From IMG/VR virus record IMGVR_UViG_3300021426_000066: DNA of 64,000 nucleotides. One strand, 5' to 3'. The notes beneath the pieces are model-generated. The model was given only the letters and a program-made list of their open reading frames with translations. It ran no database searches and was not told where the DNA came from. How positions within the stretch are numbered: position 1 is the stretch's first letter; every line of letters begins with the position of its first letter. This DNA is from a virus. Lineage: Duplodnaviria > Caudoviricetes. The translations under genes and the position numbers were made by a program. Shown here one piece after another: positions 47,825 through 59,728 of this stretch.

Positions 47825-48157
47825 TTAAAAGCCCCTTTCTATCAGTTCCATCAGGAAATCCTCTTTAATTTCTTGAACAGACTTGAAATCTCTGTCTTTA
47901 ATTTGGTTGTATTCATTTTCATGTATCTCAACAAGAGTTACAGTATGATACATCCCCTCTGACGGAAAAGGTAATAACTCACTTGTATTATAAATTTTCT
48001 CATTATCTGATAAAAAACCTTGGGCCTCTCTTAAACTGCACCTGAGCGGAATCCCATTTACAGCTTGAAACTTAACGTAAGTAGGCCCATCTTTTTCATC
48101 GTAATGCAGTAAATCAATTACTTTACGATTCCAAATTATCTTAAAATATTTAATCAT
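47825..48157 (-). CDS. Tail fibre assembly-type hypothetical protein
   Basis: AAGGAG RBS; lies between the adhesin and the XkdX-like gene. Confidence 0.55.
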   Translation of the reverse strand: MIKYFKIIWNRKVIDLLHYDEKDGPTYVKFQAVNGIPLRCSLREAQGFLSDNEKIYNTSELLPFPSEGMYHTVTLVEIHENEYNQIKDRDFKSVQEIKEDFLMELIERGF

Positions 48158-48180
48158 AGGATTTCACTCCTTATATAAAA

Positions 48181-48210
48181 TAGAGCATGTACACATAGGT
48201 ACATGCTCTA
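48181..48210 (-). terminator. Hairpin terminator after the adhesin gene
   Basis: TAGAGCATGTAC-ACATAG-GTACATGCTCTA followed by TTTT on the - strand. Confidence 0.65.
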
Positions 48211-48217
48211 GTAAACA

Positions 48218-51200
48218 TTATAACGAGAATTCTAAGCAAATTCCCGAATTTCCAGTAGGTGACCAATAATCTCTAGTACCAGGGGCATTGTAGCTATCAA
48301 TACCAACGATATAATGCCATGTGTAGGTATAAGCAGGCATGGCAGATCTCGTCATGTACTTACCTAATGTACCATCAGGGAATCTACGTTCTCTGTCAGC
48401 GGCAGTCAGCAGATAGTCAATGGTGTAGTTACCATTGCTGTCTGGCTCACCTGCTTCTTGGTCATAAGGTGCATAGTTAGATGTAGATACCAGAGACAGG
48501 ATAGCGGGAAGAGCAAAATAGCAATCGCCTGTTGCTACAGTTGCCGTACTTTCTGTCGTACCAGAATCAGTATAACCCTCATTAGCACTAATACGGCATT
48601 GCTTGATTAACTGTCTCCATAATACAGGAACAGCATTATAGAAACGAGTGTTCAAAATACGATAGTTCTGTTTGCTTAACCAACCGCCAGCATTCGTACC
48701 ATACATAATTGGCATAGGATTACTTAACAGATGACTCATTAAGAACGTCATACTTGTTCTTGCACCAGAACCATCAGATAAATAATACCGTCTCAATCCA
48801 CACATTTCCGCCGTAATCGTTTCTCTGGGCCATAATGCCATATCACGACAAGCTTGATCTCCTAAATCAGCATAATACAACTTCGCAGAGTAAATTGTAC
48901 CCTGTGCATAAGAACTGATAGCACCATCATCATCAATAGCTGCTCCGAATACCAGAGTAGCATGATTAGTGGTAACACTTCTTGTAGCACTAAGTGTGCT
49001 ATAAACAATAGCTTCATTAGGCTGGTTACCTGCATAGATGTGCAGAGTATTGTCACCTGCTAAGTGACGTAATACAACAATATCTCTTACATCTCCAGCA
49101 CCCACAGAGGCACTATTTGTACCCCAGATGACTTTATAACCATTCGTAGATCTGAGTCTGAATCCATTACTACCATAACCTTGATAGCATTGGAAGAGTA
49201 CGCTGTTATTACTTGTGGCGCTATTCCACTTATAGTCAACAACGAGTGTCCAATCTTTATCTTCATCAAGTAAAGGAATCTCTGTATCATAATAATCGTT
49301 GGCCGCACCTGTAAATGTTCTTTCCGTAGGAAGAAGATTTACAGATTCAATATTATCATACTCATAGTCGATTCCCATTGTGAAACTAATTCGATCTTTA
49401 GAATTAACTGTAATAGGTAATTGACCATTACGCTTATTCTGAAGAACAGCGTAAATTTGAGTCGGTGTCATATCAGCCAGACTCATTTCTTTAAGTGCAT
49501 CCTCATTGTATCTATAAGTCTCATAATCTGCTTCAATATCAATATCGCCTGTGATGATAGGATAGGTCTTCCAACCTTTGAACAGATTATAAACATAGGA
49601 AGGCTCCTGAGCAGTATAAGTGGGCATAGGACCATTATATTGAGCCGTAGAACCATAAGCGCCAGTCTTCGTATCTAACACAGTGCCATCAATATTAAGG
49701 AATCTTACTGTATATAAATGATCTGTCTCAGAATAAACAGCGCTAATTGTTCTATTGCTACGAATATTATTCAGAGATAAATCCCAACCTGTAAACGTAT
49801 AATCCTTAAGAATGGTCTTACCATCTTCCATATAAACAACCATTGTAGGAGTTGCAATAGGATTCTCTGCACGAGTAACAGGATCGACAGCATTATTGCC
49901 TTCGATAATGTGCTGAACATCAAATACTTTACCTTCAGGGTCAATATCAGGATTCTTAAATGTGACTGTGTATGCCTGTAAGATTGCAGCAGACGGTACA
50001 TCAATAACCAGATCCTGCCAAGCAGCGTGATAGCTGTCAAGCGTAAAGGTATCGGTAGCCGCAAGATGAGCAGTACCAGTCAGCACAGATTGAGTAGTTT
50101 CATAACCAGAGGCATCAACACCTGCTAAGTCAAGCAGCGTTTTCAGCCAAGCATCACTTACTGTCCAATCAACATTGGTCGCTCTGAGTCTGCGAAGATT
50201 CGTTGAATTGGTAATCATCTCAACAGTATCTACAATAGGGCAATTCTCAACGACAATACGAATCAGATTCGTATAATCAGCAATTCTGAGATCTGTTAAA
50301 TAAAGCAGATTCTTCAGCGTGATAGAAGAGATTGCAGGCAGATATGCTGTAGAAATCTTACCACCAGATGCAAATGTAATACCTGTAAACGATGTTCCAT
50401 TTGCATAGAATGTTTCAAGATTAGGGCATCCGCTTAAATCCAAAGCACCAGTAAGGTTAGGACAATTACGGACATCCAGAGTCTTCAGCAGAGTGTTATT
50501 ACCCATATTAAGAGTAGTTAAAAACGAGTTACTATATCCTTCTGTCGTGTTACCAATAGTCAGCGTCTGTAATTTTTCTGCCTTGGAGAAGTCATTATCA
50601 TGGATATAACAAGCACTCAGGTCACCAACAGACTGAATCTTGGAAGCACCATAGATAAGAATAGCAGTATCATCCATGGTATCAAAAGGACACTCAATAT
50701 CATATTCCACACCCGCTTTCGCACGAACCTGAGTACGAGACGTAGCACCGTGCATTACAGACAGATACATATTTGCATAAGGAGTCAGATGTAAGGTATA
50801 GTTGGGTTTAACGACAGCTTCTTGTGGTGTATTACATCTAATCATTATCTGGTCAGAGGTTGCCGTATTACCAAACCATCTGGTAGCCATATACATAACT
50901 TGGTCACGGATAAATTGTCTTCTATGATATTTCTTGCGTCCATTTAACATCTGGGTCAGGAATCTGGGCGTAGGAGCATAGAACCTGCCTTTTCCCAAAT
51001 AGGAATTAATATACTTGGTCTGAATGTCAAGTCTCCACAATTCTTCGGGGAACTGATTCTGCCAATTATCAAACTCATTAATCATGCCCTCAGCATTCCA
51101 GCAGTTAGCTGATTCACGGTCAATGAACATAGCTTGCAGTTCATCATGGAATAAATCTCTGACACGGCAGAAGAATGTAGACGTAGCACCATTAAACACA

Positions 51201-52111
51201 TAACCAGAATTCGGGTCACCTGGTGTACGATAATCTGTATCTTCCATACCATAAGGCATTGTCATTTCGCCACTATTATTTATGCCAAGTGCCGAGTCAA
51301 AATCATATCCCCAGAACTCAAATCTATATTCTCCATCTTCACATTTATGCCTCCACCAGAAAGTGTTCTTTGCTCTGTTATCAATCATCGTCCACTGTTC
51401 AGTAAACAGCCAGAAATACAGAGCAGAATCAAGCACAAAATAATCACCTAAGTGGTCATGGAAGTCTTGATCAGTGGAGTTAACAACAAACTTATAAAAA
51501 TCTCTGAATGCCTCAAGATTCGTCTCATGGTCTTCAGTAGTAATGTTTTTCATCTCATAACGCAGACCATAAGTTTCGGTTTTTCCTTCATTGAACGTAT
51601 CTGCTTCCAGACTGGCAATGGCTTCTGCACCACCAGGGAATGTAGAGTTTGGAAGAGTGTTATCCATAATTTCTACACAGAATTCTTTAGGATCGTTCTT
51701 ATCTACAACACGAGTTTTATCTGTCTTTTTGGAATCACCAATATTACCAATAGCATAGAAATGCCAATCTGTATCGTCATACTCTCTATGAGTAGTTAAG
51801 TCTGGATCGTTCTCTCTTACAAACACAACAGCATTATAGAATTCCATCGTATTCTTTACTTTAGAATCATTCTGTTGTGCAAGAGATTGATAAGGAAGAT
51901 AACGATTATATCTCTTTTGAAGAAGAGCGTTATTTGCATTCTCAGAACTCGCGATATTCACCTTCAAATTCATGTAGTCAACAGGTACGGACGTTCTGGA
52001 AAGACTTACTTTGCTTGCGGTTGTTCCGTCACCAAGCGTAATCACCGTAGTATCTGTATTCATAATGAAATCCAGATTTCGTCCAGCAGCAGCATATTCA
52101 TTCGAGGTAGT
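48218..52111 (-). CDS. Exon 2 of the intron-split giant virion protein (CotH-kinase-like, LRR, LamG-like, C-terminal lectin-like domain)
   Basis: Frame is open from 52111 ([16 protein letters not shown]) into the track ORF; DNRAKN and YDFDSALG motifs; LxxLDxxNCPNL repeats. Confidence 0.8.
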   Translation of the reverse strand, partial: TTSNEYAAAGRNLDFIMNTDTTVITLGDGTTASKVSLSRTSVPVDYMNLKVNIASSENANNALLQKRYNRYLPYQSLAQQNDSKVKNTMEFYNAVVFVRENDPDLTTHREYDDTDWHFYAIGNIGDSKKTDKTRVVDKNDPKEFCVEIMDNTLPNSTFPGGAEAIASLEADTFNEGKTETYGLRYEMKNITTEDHETNLEAFRDFYKFVVNSTDQDFHDHLGDYFVLDSALYFWLFTEQWTMIDNRAKNTFWWRHKCEDGEYRFEFWGYDFDSALGINNSGEMTMPYGMEDTDYRTPGDPNSGYVFNGATSTFFCRVRDLFHDELQAMFIDRESANCWNAEGMINEFDNWQNQFPEELWRLDIQTKYINSYLGKGRFYAPTPRFLTQMLNGRKKYHRRQFIRDQVMYMATRWFGNTATSDQIMIRCNTPQEAVVKPNYTLHLTPYANMYLSVMHGATSRTQVRAKAGVEYDIECPFDTMDDTAILIYGASKIQSVGDLSACYIHDNDFSKAEKLQTLTIGNTTEGYSNSFLTTLNMGNNTLLKTLDVRNCPNLTGALDLSGCPNLETFYANGTSFTGITFASGGKISTAYLPAISSITLKNLLYLTDLRIADYTNLIRIVVENCPIVDTVEMITNSTNLRRLRATNVDWTVSDAWLKTLLDLAGVDASGYETTQSVLTGTAHLAATDTFTLDSYHAAWQDLVIDVPSAAILQAYTVTFKNPDIDPEGKVFDVQHIIEGNNAVDPVTRAENPIATPTMVVYMEDGKTILKDYTFTGWDLSLNNIRSNRTISAVYSETDHLYTVRFLNIDGTVLDTKTGAYGSTAQYNGPMPTYTAQEPSYVYNLFKGWKTYPIITGDIDIEADYETYRYNEDALKEMSLADMTPTQIYAVLQNKRNGQLPITVNSKDRISFTMGIDYEYDNIESVNLLPTERTFTGAANDYYDTEIPLLDEDKDWTLVVDYKWNSATSNNSVLFQCYQGYGSNGFRLRSTNGYKVIWGTNSASVGAGDVRDIVVLRHLAGDNTLHIYAGNQPNEAIVYSTLSATRSVTTNHATLVFGAAIDDDGAISSYAQGTIYSAKLYYADLGDQACRDMALWPRETITAEMCGLRRYYLSDGSGARTSMTFLMSHLLSNPMPIMYGTNAGGWLSKQNYRILNTRFYNAVPVLWRQLIKQCRISANEGYTDSGTTESTATVATGDCYFALPAILSLVSTSNYAPYDQEAGEPDSNGNYTIDYLLTAADRERRFPDGTLGKYMTRSAMPAYTYTWHYIVGIDSYNAPGTRDYWSPTGNSGICLEFSL

Positions 52112-52385
52112 CTTATTGTTACTCTTTTTAAAATAAAAAGGGATGAGTCATTTCTGCTCATCTCTGCATTTTCATTGTTAGATTATATATGCAGAACAGA
52201 TCATACCATTACCCTATTAGGGTACTCCCGTACATATAAATGTCACCATTTATATTGTGATCGTTACGGACTATTTAGTTTCATCTAAATAAGTTGCCCA
52301 CGGTATTGCCTATCTCTAGGTGTCCACCGTTTTGAGAGAGTTTGCTGTATATATTGCTATATAGAGGGGCATAACTTTTCAGTTC
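52112..52385 (-). ncRNA. Group I intron (IA-like), 274 nt, no internal ORF
   Basis: 5' exon ends GGGT and pairs with GCCC (U-G); terminal G; P3 ACTCTC/GGGAGT, P4 ACGGT/ACCGT, P7 GATCA/TGATC, P8 TACCCT/AGGGTA, P9 hairpins; removal restores the frame. Confidence 0.9.
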
Positions 52386-55300
52386 ACCCTGTCCCGAATG
52401 AGATGCACCAGTAGCTGTCCAGTTATCTAATACTGGATCGCCATTTGTATAAATACACTGAATTGTAGTATCAGTTACTTTATCTTTCTTATCGTTCGTA
52501 AAATGAGGACAATCAAGTTTGAAGATACGAAGATCTGGACAAGCTTCAGCCAAATGTTCAGGTGTCAGATTGTTATTCTCGTCATAAATCTGATTACGAT
52601 TATATCTGTTAATCATTTCCTCAGCGCTTCTCGCATCAGCAATGAAGTTATTCAGAATATCCTTGTCAGAGAGAGAAGAGTTATAACACTTCATTCTATA
52701 AATCCATACGTCACATTCAGTAGAACCAATTGTAATATCTACAGGTGTCTCCTGTGTAAAGGAGTCATCGCTTGTATAGACCATAGGACGAAGAGCAACA
52801 CCATCTTCATAACTCATAACCATAGGAATGGTTGCAGTATCTTTGTTAATATTGAATTCAAATTCAATTATATCTTCCTCAGAGTAAGGAATCATTAAGC
52901 TGTTAACAGAAGAAGTTAAATATGCTTGATGAGGTTGCATTTGAAGCCCAACAATATTAGTATCTCCAGAACGACATGTCAGCCAAGTGGTAGACACATC
53001 CCTTACATTAGTTGTTTTGAAAATAAGCTTGAATTCCTTACCATTCTTCTTAGCGTCATCGCCAAACAGCTTATAATCAAACGTTGCCGTAGTACCTGCT
53101 TTGACACAGAAATATTGGTCACCATTACTGTCAATCTGATATCCACCATTAGTCCAGTCAAAGTTGTTGGATACAGACATATGATAAGTATCGTTGCTCC
53201 AGATTCTATCTGCACTATTATTACTATAACCAACAGGATTAAAGTCTAACTGCAAATTCGCTGTAATAGGAGCAATATCAATATCAAGTTCTTCAACAGT
53301 GACTCTAATGGTCTTGACAGTTTCACGGCAAGTAATGGTTAATGTATGTACGCCCGCAGTAGCACTCTTATAACTCCATGTATGCGTACCGTTAGTAACA
53401 GTCTGTGTTCCGATACTAACTCCATCAACTGCTAATGTAACAGTAGGTGTTTCGGTATTAGGATCATAAATGGAATAAACAATATTAGTCGTATCATACT
53501 GTTGTGCAGTAATAGCCTGTCTATTTGTACCAATTACAGGCACATCAGATGTCTCATCGAACCAAATAATATCTTTGTAAATATGATCTGTTTCAATATC
53601 GCTACCACTAATATTAGCAGTAATATAAGCATCCAATAAATGCGCTCCATGCGTCTGGGCAGGAATGGTATATCCCATAGGAAGACCAGAGGATGAAGTT
53701 GTTACTGTACCAATTTCCGTACCATCTAATTTAAAATGAACAACTTTACTAATACTACCGTAAGGCGTATAGTCAAAACTTACAGGTCCAATAGGATAAG
53801 TAAAGCTGTCATTGAACGAAGATTCCAGACGTACATCAACCATCTGTACCGTCCAAGTACGAGTGGCAAGAGTACCATTATCATCAGTAATACTTAATGT
53901 AATTTTCTGTGTACCTAAAGATACAAAATCAGTTACATCAAATGAGTATTCCTGATTAGATGCAAGAGTCTGTGTTCCAAGAACCGTATTACCGATTCTC
54001 CAAGTAGCAGTACCGCCAATATCAATGTTAGAACTATCCAATGATCTGTAATGATATCTTAAGATAACTTTCGATCCTGTTAATGCGACAACTGGAGTTG
54101 TAGTAACATAGGAAATTGTAATCGTAGAAGAAGTCTGCTGACCACCTCCACCACCTCCAACAACTTTAACTGCACATACCGCCGTAGCATTCGCACGAAC
54201 AAATTCGTCACCCTCATATGTCCAGAGAGTAAGCATATACTTTTCAGCATCACTTAAGCTGTCATCAGTATCATAAGTAATGTAATACTTTTCATTCGAT
54301 CCACCACTGACATCAATATTATCAATTGCAGTTTCAAGTTCTGCAATTTTAGTACCAATAGTAGTAATATTACTCTTGTTACTGTTAGCAGTAGATGCTA
54401 TTTCATTCATTGCAAGCTGAATAGAAGATACTGTAGTAGTATTTGCTTTGTCTGCTAACAGCGTATCAACCTCAGATGCAGTATAATACTCATCTCCATC
54501 CAGCTTACCCTCAAGAGTGGCAATAGACTGATTAATAGTGGATAAACTACTATCAATCTGAGCCTTGGTGTAATAATCATCTAGTGCAGTAGTAATAGCT
54601 TCAGAGATTTCAATATCCTGAGATAAATCAAACTGAGCAAGCTGAGTACCATTATCTGTAAAAGTAATAAAATGCGTTACAGGATTATAGGTAATAGCCA
54701 GATGTGTTGCCAGATTATCTACTTCCGTTTTGGTATAATAATCATCCAAAGCTGTTTCAATCTGACCCGCAACTTCTGTAGTCATATCCGCACGAACTGC
54801 TTCTTCAACAGACTCTGCAACATTATCTTTAATCTGGTTAAATTCATCTATCTTTTGGCTAACACTATCTACTGCATTTGTAGCCGTGGTAGCAGCATTC
54901 TTAGCATCAGTCACAGCATTATCAATCTGAATCAGATAAGATTGCCATCCATCAGTAGGCTCAATTAATTCATCGTATGATAATGCCTCTAAAACTGTAA
55001 GCTGAGAATTTGCTCTGGACTTCCAACGGTATGTTCCCGCTGAAGTAGTACCAGTAGCTTGAATTTCAAATTTTAAAGTTCCTGCAACCTGTGTCATAGC
55101 ATCATTCACAAGCATATGGAACATAATATAATCTGTACTATAAGAAACATTACAAGCAGTAGTAATAAATCCCTGTGATTGAGAATTGACTATATAGAAA
55201 CGAATAGTCATCTGCATTAAGTCAATTCCCTCAACATATCTTGGCATACGGAAGCCAATCAATTGAGCATTACTTTCCTGTGTAATGTTAATTTGATTCG

Positions 55301-55511
55301 GGGCCATCGTAATATTTTTGGCGGCATCAACAGTAGAAACAGCCTGATCATCCTTGTATTCGTCATACCAAGAATAAATATTATTTGAAACTTTAACATA
55401 GTCTGTCGCAGATTCAGGTTCGTTATCTGTTTCTGTCACGTTAGTGACCTCTTCTGTCGATTCAGAATCATCACTTATCAAATCACTAAAATTTGAAGGC
55501 ATAGGCTTCAT
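52386..55511 (-). CDS. Exon 1 (1042 aa) of the intron-split giant virion protein
   Basis: BppU-like N-terminus, YYTK.E.D repeats, Ig-like and LamG-like segments; ends ...HSGQG at a codon boundary. Confidence 0.8.
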
Positions 55512-55581
55512 ACCTCCTTTCTCTTAATATGATTTATATTAGTCTATTTTTATAATATTCCAATCATATATATACTATTAA

Positions 55582-56385
55582 TTAAATGCATACAGCATAT
55601 AAATGAAAAGGACCAGAACTACAATTATCAGTATTGGTAAATAATAAAGATCTAACCACATATTGTGTTGCCTCTTTAACAACAGGCATATTTTGATTTA
55701 AAATTACATCATATTTAACACCAGGCGTTGCTTGATCTTCAACAAACACATTTATGGAATATAATTCTGCCGCTACACTGCCATCTAATTTTCCACAAAA
55801 ACCAATAATATGTTTATCTCCAATTAAACTACTAAGCGTTGGATTTGTATCATAGACAGATCTTCCCGTAAAACCATAATAGTGAGAATTAACTGATTCT
55901 GCCCCCCTGTAACCAGCCAATGGACTTCCTCCACCATATATTTCTCCATCCAGTTCAATAATAGTGATTTTACTACCACCATCCATTCCATCCAGCTTCG
56001 CTTTATCCTCAGCACTCATCAAACCACTAGCACTACTGGTGGCCTCACTATAAGTAGTATCCGTAAATACGGCATTCACAGGTACACTCTTATTAATAGT
56101 ATATCCAGAATCTTTAACAGTATATCCATCTACACCCCATGTCAGAACATGGTTTTCAGTAGTACCTGAAGCCTTGCCTTTAATTTGTGCATCGTTAGTT
56201 ACATTATCAATTCCTAACTCTTCCTTAGTGGTCGTAATAGGAAAGTAGTTATTATTTTCATCAACGAAATATAACTCATGGGTATCAGAGGTAATGACAA
56301 GATCATTAGCATTGATAGTACCATTAGCTATATTCGTTGGAATATTAGCTTTTTCTGTAGTAAAAAATCTTGTTTGATTTATCAT
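55582..56385 (-). CDS. Tail-associated protein
   Basis: Shares VP.NAVFTDT and EATSS..GLMSAEDK.KLD linkers with the giant fibre. Confidence 0.6.
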   Translation of the reverse strand: MINQTRFFTTEKANIPTNIANGTINANDLVITSDTHELYFVDENNNYFPITTTKEELGIDNVTNDAQIKGKASGTTENHVLTWGVDGYTVKDSGYTINKSVPVNAVFTDTTYSEATSSASGLMSAEDKAKLDGMDGGSKITIIELDGEIYGGGSPLAGYRGAESVNSHYYGFTGRSVYDTNPTLSSLIGDKHIIGFCGKLDGSVAAELYSINVFVEDQATPGVKYDVILNQNMPVVKEATQYVVRSLLFTNTDNCSSGPFHLYAVCI

Positions 56386-56406
56386 TTTGTTACCTCCTAA
56401 AATGCT

Positions 56407-56763
56407 TTATCCCAATTTCATCAAAAGGACCCTGTATGATACCGTTCTATCTGCCGTTGTGTCATCATTAAACAGAAACACCCTTAGTTTTCCGTTCGTA
56501 ATGATTGCGTTCGGATAATTGTTTACAGTGTTTTGTATTTGATAAAGCCCCTGTCCTCGTTTTATGCCTATGTCTTCCTGATTCACGGAAATGATCTGAT
56601 ATGCGCTTGTATCAGAAATATGCCTTAATTCGATTTCGGCCGTTGCTGTTCCTTGTTTTGCGGATGTTGCTTTCGGAACTAATTGGGTCCCGCTGACGAT
56701 TACGAAATCATCTTTTGTATAAACGGTTACCTTTGTTTTATCATCATTAAATGCGTATGCCAT
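56407..56763 (-). CDS. Hypothetical tail-region protein
   Basis: GGAGGGGTGA RBS. Confidence 0.55.
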   Translation of the reverse strand: MAYAFNDDKTKVTVYTKDDFVIVSGTQLVPKATSAKQGTATAEIELRHISDTSAYQIISVNQEDIGIKRGQGLYQIQNTVNNYPNAIITNGKLRVFLFNDDTTADRTVSYRVLLMKLG

Positions 56764-56776
56764 TTCTCACCCCTCC

Positions 56777-58441
56777 TTACTTCCGCAAAATCATTTCAAT
56801 TACATCATTGCTACCCGCAGTAATTGATGTGGTAAAAGTAACTGTAATTACTAAATTGGCATAAGTAGCTGTATACTCATTGGCATTCAGCTTTAAACCG
56901 TTAAGATATATTTCAAGGAAGTGTTCGTCATCGGTGTCATATGTATAGCCAGTAGGAGAGAAGGTGATTGCCGATACTGTACCAGAAGTTAATGTCTGAA
57001 CATCTTTATATATTCTACGCTGATAAGTAAGAGTACCTGATGCAACCACATTACCTTGCCAGTCTATTGTGAGAGCATTAGAGGAGAGATTTTCTGTACC
57101 ATTACCTACTATTACTGCATAAATATTGTTTTGGTCTTCTACATTATATTTCCCAAGAGCGGTTTGAGAATTTGAACTAGCAACAGTTCCTTGATTTTGA
57201 GCGTGAGCGTAATCTCCGACTGCCTTAGTTTGATATCCTATAGCAAAAGCATTTGACCCTAAAGCAGAATCTTCTCCAATGGTAATCCAAAGATAAACAC
57301 CACTTTTATTAAGATGGGGGCCACTTGGATTAGGGTCTGTGCCTTGTGGATACTGAAAAGTTAATACACTTCCATTAACCGAATAATCGCATTTTCCTTG
57401 TATGCTCGTATCCGTCTCATAAACATGCACAACCCCTGCCCCAGATACTCCTAACTCAACTTTAGTAATTTTATCATAATCTGAAGATGGTATTTCTGTA
57501 ACCATGTCAGCGAGATCTATCGTTTTGGTTTGATAATTGGTGTAACTGCCATAGCTAACATAATAATGATTGGCAACATTTTCTTCCATACTTCCAACGC
57601 TTCTTAAACTTCCTGTAGCTGTACCATTAACAATATTAGAATTGTTTGCGGTAAGTGCCGCATTAATTACCTCATCTGCTCTTGTCTGAATTACCGTATA
57701 TTGTGCATCAGCAGCATCTTGGATGTCTCCTCGTTGTTCTGAAGCTGCAGATTCAATGTTCGTTCTCTGCGTAGTTGCCTCTCCGTTAATTGTAGTTTTC
57801 AAAGTATCAGCCTCAGAGCGAATATTGGATAACAGTTGATCTGCACTACCTGTTTCATTTTCATTAGAAAATGCATCAAGAGCAGTTTGAGCATTAGTGT
57901 TAAATGTATTTAATGCAGAACTAGATTCTTGTTGCCAAGTATCGAAATTAGTATTAATTCGTTCAATTGCTTCATTTCCAGCTACAATAGATGCACGAAT
58001 ATCAGCCAGTCTTTGTCTTGCATTATCAATCAGCCCGTTTAATTCTCCAAAATCATAAACCTTTAATACCACATCATCCGTATAAACACTCTCAGGTACT
58101 TTGATATAGAATGGAAGAGTACTAATCTGTTCATGAGTAGTAGGATGTTTGATATCGATCTGAGCATGATGTTTACCAGAGAACGCTACCAAAGACTCTG
58201 GTAGAGTAATGCTTACTGTATTATTTTCTGTCGAGAACTCCATAGCTTCTTGATAATAGTTTCCACCATACCCAGCTACCTTAAGCCAAGCATCGTAATC
58301 TTGAGTTGGAAGTATAAAAGGCTGTCCGTTATCAGTTAATGTAACCACTAATTTATGCGTATCTTTGTTATATTGTGGTATCTGAACCATAATTGAATTG
58401 TTTTTCTTTATGTCCAGACTTATTTCATGCGTAACAATCAT
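56777..58441 (-). CDS. Baseplate upper protein (BppU-N) with YadA-like head repeats
   Basis: PQYNKDTHKLVV.LTDNG N-terminus; coiled coil; AFAIGYQTKAVGDYAHAQNQGT repeats. Confidence 0.7.
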   Translation of the reverse strand: MIVTHEISLDIKKNNSIMVQIPQYNKDTHKLVVTLTDNGQPFILPTQDYDAWLKVAGYGGNYYQEAMEFSTENNTVSITLPESLVAFSGKHHAQIDIKHPTTHEQISTLPFYIKVPESVYTDDVVLKVYDFGELNGLIDNARQRLADIRASIVAGNEAIERINTNFDTWQQESSSALNTFNTNAQTALDAFSNENETGSADQLLSNIRSEADTLKTTINGEATTQRTNIESAASEQRGDIQDAADAQYTVIQTRADEVINAALTANNSNIVNGTATGSLRSVGSMEENVANHYYVSYGSYTNYQTKTIDLADMVTEIPSSDYDKITKVELGVSGAGVVHVYETDTSIQGKCDYSVNGSVLTFQYPQGTDPNPSGPHLNKSGVYLWITIGEDSALGSNAFAIGYQTKAVGDYAHAQNQGTVASSNSQTALGKYNVEDQNNIYAVIVGNGTENLSSNALTIDWQGNVVASGTLTYQRRIYKDVQTLTSGTVSAITFSPTGYTYDTDDEHFLEIYLNGLKLNANEYTATYANLVITVTFTTSITAGSNDVIEMILRK

Positions 58442-58455
58442 TTTCTCACCTACCT

Positions 58456-59259
58456 TTAAAATCCAACCTTAATAGCTGGCGTATATTTTATTTCAATATC
58501 ACACGCTAAACTTGGTGTGAAAATGTTTCTTGTGTCATCATATAAATTAAATATTCTGGGAAATACAAAATTGAAATCCTGTGATAAATCATGATTACTG
58601 TCAGTAGATTCTATAAGTAAATATTTCCCAGATATAGTAAGAACCTCTCCATTGGAGCAATTCTCAACCCGCATTATTCTGCTATCCCGACTATTGATTA
58701 ACGAAAATTCGCCGCTCTCTTTTAATGTGATAACAACATCTGGAATGATATATCCCTCTTCATATGACACATCATCAATAATAAAAGAACTCTCCGCTTC
58801 ATTCTCAAAGCGGAGAGTAATGTCTTCCATATATGCGTAAGGTGCGTCAGCAGTAAAAGTCAATTGAAGACCAACAATATTACCACCTAATAGTTCTTCT
58901 TGGGATGTAAAATATCCATTCCAGTAAATATCTTCAAATCCATCAGACAACACCTTGAATTTACAATACTTCGTCCTTCTACACAGCCATCTTTGTAAGG
59001 CCGATACCTCATACGGAGTCATGTAATACATATCATCACTTTCGCAAGGATTCTTACATATCCCGAATGAAGCAGAAAAAGGACTATCATAGGTAGAAGA
59101 GAAGAGATCAAATTTATCACTTGTTAGAGACTTTGCAGAAGAAAATGTTAGGCTTGCACCTGATGGAACTTCACCATTCTGCATGCCAGAAAAGGATGTC
59201 ATAACGCATCCAAAATCAGATAGTCGTTTACCATCAAATTCAAAATCTACTGCATACAT
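58456..59259 (-). CDS. Distal tail (Dit)-like protein
   Basis: DFEFDGKRLSDFG, RWL, FTADAPYAY, FNFVFPR. Confidence 0.7.
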   Translation of the reverse strand: MYAVDFEFDGKRLSDFGCVMTSFSGMQNGEVPSGASLTFSSAKSLTSDKFDLFSSTYDSPFSASFGICKNPCESDDMYYMTPYEVSALQRWLCRRTKYCKFKVLSDGFEDIYWNGYFTSQEELLGGNIVGLQLTFTADAPYAYMEDITLRFENEAESSFIIDDVSYEEGYIIPDVVITLKESGEFSLINSRDSRIMRVENCSNGEVLTISGKYLLIESTDSNHDLSQDFNFVFPRIFNLYDDTRNIFTPSLACDIEIKYTPAIKVGF

Positions 59260-59265
59260 ATATAA

Positions 59266-59724
59266 TTACTCCTTCGTTTCGTTTTCAGATGAAGAAAACT
59301 TTTCAAAGATATCTTGTAAGAGGAGATAATCTTTGGCTGTAATTTTAATATCTTCATCCTTTAAGGCTTCGAGATTAAGAGGCTTAAACTCAACTTCAAC
59401 CTCTTCAGACAGAAATTCACTAAACTTAATATTGAATTCCTCAGGCTTGGCAATGGCAATAGCACCCTTTTCTTTATCGACATATTTAATTTCGCCATTA
59501 TCTTCACGCTGAGCAAAGTCTTCAATGACTTTCTGCCTACGCTGATTAATAACCTCAATGGGTTTCGCAAAAGCATCAAGAATAGATGCGACATTGATTG
59601 CCAGCTTCAGAGATAATTCCGCTTCACCCAGTTTATTTAAAATAGGGTACAGAGAAAGAATCTGATCTGCCGTAAGATTGAAAGTTCTGGTTACATTAGT
59701 TGTGTTAGTTGCTGTGTTTTCCAT
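59266..59724 (-). CDS. DUF1617-like tail-associated protein
   Basis: R..VI..FA.R.DNGE motif; directly follows the Tal-like gene. Confidence 0.5.
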   Translation of the reverse strand: MENTATNTTNVTRTFNLTADQILSLYPILNKLGEAELSLKLAINVASILDAFAKPIEVINQRRQKVIEDFAQREDNGEIKYVDKEKGAIAIAKPEEFNIKFSEFLSEEVEVEFKPLNLEALKDEDIKITAKDYLLLQDIFEKFSSSENETKE

Positions 59725-59728
59725 AATA

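Noticed and set aside
52281-52385. C-terminal 34 aa of the track ORF 52281-55511, and the ATG at 52063 as a separate gene start
   Set aside because: These are read-through into the intron and an internal Met with no RBS; splicing explains both
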